DNA of 64,000 nt from Candidatus Porifericomitaceae bacterium. Lineage in GTDB: Bacteria > Pseudomonadota > Gammaproteobacteria > Porifericomitales > Porifericomitaceae. Positions 57,000 to 64,000 of the stretch are shown here, in pieces (positions within the stretch are counted from its first letter, which is position 1; the number at the start of each line of letters is the position of its first letter). The notes beneath the pieces were generated by a model. That model saw only the letters and a program-made list of their open reading frames with translations, was not told where the DNA came from and made no database searches. The DNA is taken from positions 1,857,440 to 1,921,439 of the forward strand of contig OZ243038.1 of the NCBI GenBank assembly GCA_965212005.1, given 5' to 3'. Position numbers and translations under genes: made by a program.

Positions 57000-57014
57000 T
57001 TGTAATATTATCAA
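57000..57014. promoter_or_regulatory. Near-palindromic AT-rich site TTGTAATATTATCAA upstream of znuA. Possible Zur-type operator.
   Basis: The central TAATATTA is a perfect palindrome. It lies about 85-110 bp upstream of the znuA start. Confidence 0.3.
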
Positions 57015-57441
57015 CGGCTTTTCTTCAAGCGGGTGCATCTTTGGCACGGGTGGCGGTGCGCTCCTGGCAATACGCTGTGTAGCGTTCTTTCTGGATCGGT
57101 ACATTTTGTCACGCCCGCGGTCGCCCCGCGATCGAGTGGGAAAGGCAGGTACCCGTGCCACGGTGCGGGAGGCGATGGGATACGAACACCGCCCGCCCCC
57201 CGCGTGCCAGTGCGGATCGCGCCATCAATAATAGGGTTTCAGCACCGCTGAACGCGATTGAGCCTTGGTGCTTGACAAGCTCGGGGAGTAACGGGCATTG
57301 TTCTGAGTCAGAACTATCAAGCCAGCGCCTGATTGTCAGGCCTTGGAAGAACCGTGATGCCGGAGGCGCGGAACACGTCCGCAAAAGTGGAGTTTGTCTA
57401 AGTCGGGCCGCATCGGAGATTCCGGCGCACCACGCGCCGAT

Positions 57442-57672
57442 ATGTATTTGGACGCCAGGGGACTGGATTGCCCCTTGCCTGTGTTGAAAGCCAAAGTAGT
57501 GTTGAACCGCTTGGAGCCGGGACAGGTTTTGTGTGTTGAAGCTACCGATCCGCATGCTTCAGTTGACTTCGCGGCGTATTGCGCCCGCTCCGGACATGAG
57601 CTCCTGGCTGTCAATCAGCAGGAATCGGCGGTTCTTGCGCTGTATATCCGGCGCGCAGCCGCTCCTGAGTAG
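57442..57672 (+). CDS. TusA-family sulfurtransferase (SirA/YedF/YeeD-like)
   Basis: LDARGLDCPLPVLKAK with the CPxP active-site motif. About 76 aa from the ATG at 57442. Confidence 0.7.
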   Translation: MYLDARGLDCPLPVLKAKVVLNRLEPGQVLCVEATDPHASVDFAAYCARSGHELLAVNQQESAVLALYIRRAAAPE

Positions 57673-58088
57673 ATTGCCTTTCGGCATGTGCCGGGACTGC
57701 CCGACTTTTACATGCTTCCCTTTTTCCTGACGTGGTAATTTCTGAATGCGTCCAGAGATAGTCAGGGCAGTCATTGGGATACGATTTTATTTGTCTCACG
57801 CGTGTAGCGGCTTATTAACTATTGAACGCAGTGCAGCACGTTCCTGTGCCGCGGAATCCACCCGAATGAATCGGGGTTCCTTGAGTTGGTGTGCGTCCAT
57901 GCCGTTATGGCGTGCGCCGTAGTCTGGTGCCGGGAGCTGTCCGGCAGGGATATCAACGCATAAGGTTTATCGCCTCGATCCATGCCTGACGCGATCTTTG
58001 CGCCAGCAAGTGGGATTGCACAAACCGGTTTTGGCATCCTACTTTTTTAACCTTAGTTCCAGCAAAGTAAAATCAAGGAGGCACGCAC

Positions 58089-59162
58089 ATGGAGAAATTA
58101 AGCTGTTTGATTATCAGCGAAGACTTTAAGTTGTCACAGTGGCTACGCCACCAGTTGGAAGAAATGGGCCACTCGGTTGCCGATTTGGCACCGACGTCGG
58201 AAGAGGGCATATTCAGAGAAACTCGTCTGCAATTGGACTTGGCTCTGATTGATATGCAATGGGATACCTGGCAGGGCAGCATTGACGTTGCCCGGAAGAT
58301 CCGCAAGCGATGTCGGCTGCCCGTGATCTACACGGTATCCAAGGCTACCCGGGAACTATTGCGCCATGCTCGCTCTACTTGTCCCCTGGGATACCTGAAC
58401 AAGCCGGTGCGCAGTGCCGATCTGCTGACTGTGATGGAGATCGCACTCAACCATTCTGCCAGGACGAGAGAGCGGTATCACGAATCCGATCAACCGCTGG
58501 TTCGGGAGGCCAATCCGGATTGGTTCCCGAAGGAGGAGCCAGGGGGAGATTTAGCCGTAGCGCGGGCACAGAAGGAGAAACTTCTGAGCCAGGCGCTGGA
58601 TTATCTGTCCATAGGCGTGCTCGCAGTGGATGCCGACTTGTCTGTCCAGTTTTCCAATTTCACCGGAAAGCGCATTTTGCGCGATGGCAGTCTGCTGCAG
58701 CAGCGCCAAGGCAAGTTGTGTTGTTCCAACGCGGAATGGTTCTCCCGGATGCCGGCAATGATCAGGCAAGGAGGCAATCTGATCCTGGAGCGTGACAACT
58801 GTGCGCCCATGCAGCTGCGGGTCTGTCCGGCTTCGTCCGCCACGGAGCACTCATCCGCGATCCTTTACTTGTTCGATCGGGCATTGTGTTCGGTCGAAGC
58901 AGAGCCGTTGTTAAGGGAAATCTACGGCCTCTCTCCGGCGGAAGCCAGGGTGGCTGCCGGCCTGCTTGAGAATCCGGACCTGTGCGGCGTGGCGGAGCGC
59001 TTGTTCATCAGCCGCGCAACAGTGCGCACGCACCTGAAGCGGATTTTCCTGAAGACGGGCACCCACAGCCAGTCCAGTCTACTGCACTCGATCCTCACCG
59101 GGCCTGCCGGGGGAGTGTTGCGCTCGCACGTCATCGGTGGATCAGGAAAACATCCGCTTTGA
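58089..59162 (+). CDS. LuxR-family transcriptional regulator with an N-terminal receiver (REC) domain
   Basis: REC features (acidic SED, phospho-Asp in LALIDMQWD, YTVS, NKP). C-terminal LuxR HTH (LSPAEARVAAGLLENPDLCGVAERLFISRATVRTHLKRIFLKTG). Confidence 0.7.
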   Translation: MEKLSCLIISEDFKLSQWLRHQLEEMGHSVADLAPTSEEGIFRETRLQLDLALIDMQWDTWQGSIDVARKIRKRCRLPVIYTVSKATRELLRHARSTCPLGYLNKPVRSADLLTVMEIALNHSARTRERYHESDQPLVREANPDWFPKEEPGGDLAVARAQKEKLLSQALDYLSIGVLAVDADLSVQFSNFTGKRILRDGSLLQQRQGKLCCSNAEWFSRMPAMIRQGGNLILERDNCAPMQLRVCPASSATEHSSAILYLFDRALCSVEAEPLLREIYGLSPAEARVAAGLLENPDLCGVAERLFISRATVRTHLKRIFLKTGTHSQSSLLHSILTGPAGGVLRSHVIGGSGKHPL

Positions 59163-59413
59163 AGCGGCGGGGGTTCCGTAACAGGTAAAGTCAGCCCGCA
59201 AGGGGCGGACTGCGTCGGGAATGCACAGGATTTTCCGTGCCGGCGCCGGCAGCATGGCGGCCGCCTGCGTCAAGGCCATGTGCCCGTTGCGGGTGGCAAA
59301 GACCCGCACGGGCAGGAAGGCGCCCTCTGCGCAGAGGGCGCCTGGTGCTTACTGGAGACTGGGTGAGCGGACCGGCTGCCCCGGCCCCTGTGCGGGGTGA
59401 CGGTGCTGACGGA

Positions 59414-59839
59414 TTATGCCGCCGACGCGGCGATGATCTCGTAGTCGTGCGTGATATTGGCTGTTTTGCCCAGCATGATCGAAGCGGAGCAGTATTTTTC
59501 CGCGGACAGGGAGATGGCTCTTTGCACTTGCGCCTCTCCCAGTTTGGCCCCCGAGAGAATGAAATGGGCGTGGATGGAGGTGAAGACCTGCGGGGGCTCG
59601 GCAGCGCGTTGGCTATTCAGCTGTACTTCGCAGCGGCTGATTTCCTGCCGGGACTTTTTGAGAATGTAGACTACGTCGTATGCGGCGCAGGCAGCCATTC
59701 CCAGCAACAGCAATTCCATCGGGCGGGCGCCCAGGTTGCGCCCTCCGCCCTCCGCCGGGCCGTCGATAATCATGCGGTGCCCCGAACCGGACTCGCCAGC
59801 AAAAGCCGCCTCGGCGATCCAGTTTACGCTCACTTGCAC
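59414..59839 (-). CDS. OsmC/Ohr-family peroxiredoxin-like protein
   Basis: 141 aa with the GARPMELLLLGMAACAAYDV pattern (catalytic Cys region) of OsmC-like proteins. Confidence 0.8.
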   Translation of the reverse strand: MQVSVNWIAEAAFAGESGSGHRMIIDGPAEGGGRNLGARPMELLLLGMAACAAYDVVYILKKSRQEISRCEVQLNSQRAAEPPQVFTSIHAHFILSGAKLGEAQVQRAISLSAEKYCSASIMLGKTANITHDYEIIAASAA

Positions 59840-60218
59840 GCCGCTGACCCTGGTCCATTCATGCCGATGATCCTAAGCGATTACAGCCGCGTGCTCAACG
59901 AACGGTATCCGGCCGGGGCGGCACCGTGAAGTCTGCGGGACCGGGGGAGGATGGGCCGGCCGGCATACAGGCCGGCCAGGGATTTATCGGGTACAATACA
60001 CGGCCTGTATGAATTAGTAGAGTGGCTTGTAGTGCGTAAAATCCTGAACCGGTTGCGGTCATTCAAATGCGTGATGTATGGCTTCCCGCGTTTTACCGGC
60101 CGGACTTGCGAGCCACCGGCAAGCGGTAGGCCCGGCTTGCGCGTTGTCTGTGTGCCGCCCTGTGTGCGGCGTGCGGCCCGGCGGCGCGGGGAACAGGCTG
60201 CCGGCAGTCGGACCATGA

Positions 60219-60653
60219 GTGCCTCCCGTGCTTTGGCTTAAGGCGTTCCACCTGATCTTTTCTTTCACCTGGTTTGCGGGTTTACTGTACCTGCCGCGCC
60301 TGTTTGTTTATCACGCCCTGTGTACCGACCTGCCGGGCCAGGAACGTTTCAAGGTCATGGAGCGCAAGCTGTATTTCGGCATCCTCATGCCCGGGGGCAT
60401 TCTAACCATCGTCTTCGGTTTATGGATGCTGGTATCTTATGCTTGGGAGCTTTATGCCGGCAGCTTGTGGCTGCACGTAAAGCTGGGGTTGATCCTGCTG
60501 CTGATTGCCTATCACGTTTATTGCGGCAAGCTGGTGATGACTTTCCGCCGGGATCGCAACACAAAGTCTCACGTTTTTTACCGCTGGTTCAATGAAATTC
60601 CAGCTTTGTTGTTGGTTGCGATCGTGATATTGGCGGTAGTGAGGCCTTTCTGA
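60219..60653 (+). CDS. hemJ: Protoporphyrinogen IX oxidase HemJ (UPF0093 membrane protein)
   Basis: The WLKAFHLIFSFTWFAGLLYLPRLFVYHA signature. About 144 aa with 4 TM helices. Confidence 0.75.
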   Translation: MPPVLWLKAFHLIFSFTWFAGLLYLPRLFVYHALCTDLPGQERFKVMERKLYFGILMPGGILTIVFGLWMLVSYAWELYAGSLWLHVKLGLILLLIAYHVYCGKLVMTFRRDRNTKSHVFYRWFNEIPALLLVAIVILAVVRPF

Positions 60654-60888
60654 GCCCGCCTCCGTTGCTACAGCGCTCATGATTCTGCTGCCACCCGTTG
60701 CCGGCAGTGTCCTGTCGGACCAATGTTGATTGCGGCGCCGGCGCAAAGCGCCCCCGGCGTCCAGGCCGGCTTGTGTTGCCTGTAGCGGGCGCATGGTTTC
60801 CATAAGGCGTAATTTTCGTTGTGTCGTCGGCGGCAAACCTTGCGGCTTGATAAAGATGCTGCGCATTTGTCGCACCATTCAGTGAGCT

Positions 60889-61671
60889 ATGCAGGCCGGG
60901 CGCGTCACCTCCAAGGCTGCGCCACGGTCGCAGGTGCGGTCTACGCCGTTGGTACTGGCGATCTCTGCTCACGATCCCACTGGTGGCGCCGGCATTCAGG
61001 CGGATATACAGACGATTGCCGCCTTGGGCTGCCGTCCAGTCAGCCTGATCACTTCCCTGAGCGCCCAGAACAGGCGGCATTTTTCTTTTTTACGCCCCCA
61101 GAGGCCGGAGGATCTGTTGGAGCAGGCGCGATGCCTGTTCGCGGAGGCGCAGGTCACGGCCCTCAAGATCGGTGCCATTGGAGACATACGGCTGGTGGAG
61201 ACGATCCGGCGCATCATCGCCCTGTCCGGAACGGAGCGAGTGGTGCTGGATCCGGTACTTTGCAGTACGACCGGCGGAGTATTCGCCGATGCGACCTGCC
61301 GCCGCGCCCTGTTGGAACGGCTGTTCGATCAATGCATGCTGGTGACCCCGAATCGGGAAGAGGCGCTGTTGCTGGGCGGCGTTTCGGAGCCGGACGCCGC
61401 CGCCGCTGCTTTGTGCGCCGCGGGTGCCGGCAACGTCCTCATCACTGACGTGCGCCCGCGGGACAAACAGTGGTTGACGCATTGCTGCTACCCGGCGCAA
61501 GGACCGGTACGACGCTATCAGCACCGGCGCCTGCCGGGCTGTTATCATGGATCGGGGTGCCGGCTGGCGGCCGCGATTGCCGCTTTCCTGGCGCGGGGCG
61601 AGACCTTGTTACGTGCCGTGAAAAAAGGGCTGGACCATACGCGGCAGGCACTGGAGAGCAGCCGGACCTGA
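60889..61671 (+). CDS. thiD: Hydroxymethylpyrimidine/phosphomethylpyrimidine kinase
   Basis: VLAISAHDPTGGAGIQADIQT N-terminal motif and the ribokinase-like fold. The start may be a few codons downstream. Confidence 0.9.
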   Translation: MQAGRVTSKAAPRSQVRSTPLVLAISAHDPTGGAGIQADIQTIAALGCRPVSLITSLSAQNRRHFSFLRPQRPEDLLEQARCLFAEAQVTALKIGAIGDIRLVETIRRIIALSGTERVVLDPVLCSTTGGVFADATCRRALLERLFDQCMLVTPNREEALLLGGVSEPDAAAAALCAAGAGNVLITDVRPRDKQWLTHCCYPAQGPVRRYQHRRLPGCYHGSGCRLAAAIAAFLARGETLLRAVKKGLDHTRQALESSRT

Positions 61672-61708
61672 GTCCCGGCTGGAGGATTGAGGCAATGCCG
61701 GGAATAGG

Positions 61709-62413
61709 ATGCGCGGCGCGCAAGTAACGGCGGCAGGCCTGGGGCGATCTGCCGGACGTGCGCGGCGGCTGCGCAGAGGACTGTACGCGATTGCTGACGC
61801 CGGCATCGTGGCGGCACGGCTTCTGCCGGCGCTGGTAGCCGAGATTCTGGCTGGTGGGGCCAGTGCGGTGCAATACCGGGATAAAAACAGCCCCCTCTGC
61901 GAGCGGCACGCGTGCGCCGTTGCCTTGCGCAACCTGTGCCGCCGCCGCCAGGTGCCGTTTTTGATCAATGATGACGTCGCGCTGGCTTTGCGGGTGAGCG
62001 CGGACGGCGTGCATTTGGGGCACGGTGACCTGAGCTGCACGCGGGCGCGCGCCCGGCTTGGTGCCACGGCGCTGATCGGGATCTCCTGTTACGCCCGCCT
62101 GGAACGGGCAGTGCAGGCGCAGGAGGCGGGAGCGGACTATGTTGCTTTCGGCAGTTTCTACGCTTCGCCGGGTAAGCCAGGTGCGGCGCGCGCCCGGCCG
62201 GAACTGCTTTCCATCGCGCGGCAGCGCTTGTCGATTCCTTTGGTTGCCATCGGCGGGATCACCTTGAAGCGTGCTCCTGGGCTGCTGCGGCATGGCGCGG
62301 ACCTGGTGGCGGTGATCCGCGATCTGTCTTTGGCGCCTGCCGTCCGGCGGCGGGCACGGGCCTACCAGGCCTTGTTCGAGGCGGACGAGGGATTAGCGGA
62401 GGGAATATCGTGA
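61709..62413 (+). CDS. thiE: Thiamine-phosphate synthase
   Basis: GLYAIAD...AVQYRDK...INDDVALA...DGVHLGHGD...VAIGGI pattern of ThiE. Adjacent to thiD. Confidence 0.9.
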   Translation: MRGAQVTAAGLGRSAGRARRLRRGLYAIADAGIVAARLLPALVAEILAGGASAVQYRDKNSPLCERHACAVALRNLCRRRQVPFLINDDVALALRVSADGVHLGHGDLSCTRARARLGATALIGISCYARLERAVQAQEAGADYVAFGSFYASPGKPGAARARPELLSIARQRLSIPLVAIGGITLKRAPGLLRHGADLVAVIRDLSLAPAVRRRARAYQALFEADEGLAEGIS

Positions 62414-63702
62414 ATACCATGGAGGCACGCCTGCAACAGGCGCAGCGTTACCTTGCCGGCGGGGTCAATTCGCCGGTGCGAGCTTTTCGTTACGTAGGCG
62501 GCAAGCCCCGCTTCATGGAGCGGGGTGAGGGAGCACGCCTTTATGACGCCGATGGCCGTTCCTATATCGACTACGTTTGCTCCTGGGGAGCCATGATCGT
62601 CGGTCATGCCCATCCCGCGGTAGTCGATCAGGTTCGGGAATACAGCGGACGCGGCCTGAGCTTCGGCACTCCCACGGAACTGGAGACTGCCCTGGCTGAG
62701 TGCATCTGCAACCGGGTCCGCTCTATCGACAAACTGCGCCTGGTCAATTCCGGCACCGAGGCGGTCATGAGCGCGGTACGCCTGGCAAGGGGCTGGACCG
62801 GGCGCGAACATATCATCAAGTTCGAGGGCTGCTATCATGGGCATGCCGATTCCATGCTGGTCAAAGCCGGGTCTGGCGCACTGACACTGGGCATCCCTGA
62901 CTCGCCCGGTGTTCCCGCTTCCCTGGCGCAGCTTACGTTGAACTTGCCGTATAACGACAGTGACGTTTTGGAACGGGGGTTTGCGCGCCACGGCGAGCAC
63001 GTCGCCGCCGTCATCGTGGAGCCGATAGCGGGCAACATGGGCTGTGTGCCGCCGCTGCCGGGGTTTTTGCAGCGGATCCGTGCGCTTTGCAGTCAATACG
63101 GCAGCCTGTTGATCTTTGATGAGGTCATGACGGGCTTTCGCGTTGCCGCCGGAGGTGCCCAGGCACTCTACCAGGTGCAGCCGGACCTGACGACCCTGGG
63201 CAAGGTCATCGGCGGCGGCTTGCCGGTGGGAGCATTTGGCGGGCGGGCAGAGTTAATGGATCACGTCGCTCCGGACGGTCCGGTCTATCAGGCGGGCACG
63301 CTCGCCGGCAACCCCGTTGCCATGGCGGCTGGACTCGCTACCCTGGAATTGTGTGACGCGGACGGTTTCTATGCGCGCCTGTCGGAAACGACCGCCGGCC
63401 TGGTGGCCGGATTCAAGGAGCAGGCCAACGCCGCCGGCATTCCGCTGGCAGTGCACCAGGCAGGCGGCATGTTCGGCTTTTTCTTCAGCGAGGAGGAATC
63501 CATTGCCCGCCTGGACCAGGTCGCCGCCTGTGACCAGGACGCCTTTCGCGCTTTCTTTCACGGTATGTTGGAGCGCGGCGTCTACCTGGCCCCCTCGCCG
63601 TACGAAGCAGGCTTTGTCAGCAGCGCGCACCAGGCAGTTGATCGGTCGCAAACGCTGGAGGCGGCTCGGGACGCTTTCGCCTGCTGCCGCCCGACGCCGT
63701 GA
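62410..63702 (+). CDS. hemL: Glutamate-1-semialdehyde 2,1-aminomutase
   Basis: [12 protein letters not shown]-terminal motif and the class-III aminotransferase fold with the PLP lysine region ([15 protein letters not shown]). GTG at 62410 or ATG at 62419. Confidence 0.95.
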   Translation: MNTMEARLQQAQRYLAGGVNSPVRAFRYVGGKPRFMERGEGARLYDADGRSYIDYVCSWGAMIVGHAHPAVVDQVREYSGRGLSFGTPTELETALAECICNRVRSIDKLRLVNSGTEAVMSAVRLARGWTGREHIIKFEGCYHGHADSMLVKAGSGALTLGIPDSPGVPASLAQLTLNLPYNDSDVLERGFARHGEHVAAVIVEPIAGNMGCVPPLPGFLQRIRALCSQYGSLLIFDEVMTGFRVAAGGAQALYQVQPDLTTLGKVIGGGLPVGAFGGRAELMDHVAPDGPVYQAGTLAGNPVAMAAGLATLELCDADGFYARLSETTAGLVAGFKEQANAAGIPLAVHQAGGMFGFFFSEEESIARLDQVAACDQDAFRAFFHGMLERGVYLAPSPYEAGFVSSAHQAVDRSQTLEAARDAFACCRPTP

Positions 63703-63765
63703 TTGATCCGCGCCCGCCACTAAGCGGTGCGGCGGCCTGAAAGCTGATGCCTGGGCGGGCGGGCG

Positions 63766-63975
63766 TTATTCTGACCGGTACAGCGCAGACTTGGCTCCAA
63801 CGGACACTGCCGCGAAGGCGATCCGGGTAATCAGCAGCAACAGCAGAATGGCGATGATCCAGGCGAGAAAATAGGAAATGCGGAACACTTCCGGCTCGTT
63901 CCCGTCTTGTACCAGTGGGGGTATAGCTAACTCTTCTTGCGTTGCCAGTCCCTTGCGGACTGCGTTGGCGAGCAA
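63766..63975 (-). CDS. Hypothetical small membrane protein (possibly the 3' part of a gene starting beyond the window)
   Basis: The ORF reaches the window edge. It has one strongly hydrophobic helix (ISYFLAWIIAILLLLLITRIAFAAV). No family recognised. Confidence 0.2.
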   Translation of the reverse strand: MLANAVRKGLATQEELAIPPLVQDGNEPEVFRISYFLAWIIAILLLLLITRIAFAAVSVGAKSALYRSE

Positions 63976-64000
63976 CTGATCGATGTGCGAGGAATGTTCT

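Overview
This 64 kb window is a high-GC (about 60-65%) proteobacterial, probably gammaproteobacterial, chromosome segment. Its core housekeeping synteny is dnaX-ybaB-recR, pgpA, htpG, tyrS, ftsH-glmM, znuACB, thiDE and hemL. The housekeeping genes flank an accessory block of about 25 kb (roughly 7.4-32.4 kb) that has two unusual parts. The first part is a Type III restriction-modification locus. Its mod gene (7927-9582) and res gene (16503-19049) are separated by an AT-rich four-gene cassette. The cassette encodes a TPR protein with a DUF2971-like C-terminal domain, a second DNA methyltransferase with an SPPY motif, a eukaryotic-like protein kinase fused to a P-loop NTPase, and a translationally coupled Rossmann/CARF-like protein. 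A diverged copy of the last ~30 codons of mod lies just after the first cassette gene. This is the signature of a cassette insertion into the mod 3' end. I consider this a candidate composite, possibly undescribed, defence module nested in the R-M system. The second part sits immediately downstream of res. It is an FRG-domain/TPR protein followed by a tandem family of four secreted TPR-array proteins and one SLT-domain lytic transglycosylase. All five family members start with GTG behind the same AAGGAG Shine-Dalgarno, share the same signal peptide, and sit behind the same conserved leader of about 470 nt (five copies). The TPR arrays are built from near-identical 102-bp units and contain 306-bp higher-order repeats. 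Other notable features are an in-frame 72-bp tandem repeat (8 copies) in the dnaX tau linker, an ankyrin-repeat protein, two group-II PLP decarboxylases flanking an NSS-family transporter next to a sulfatase and a TonB receptor, and a soluble rnfB/rnfC-like pair without the other rnf genes. No CRISPR array, rRNA, tRNA, transposase or integrase was recognised.
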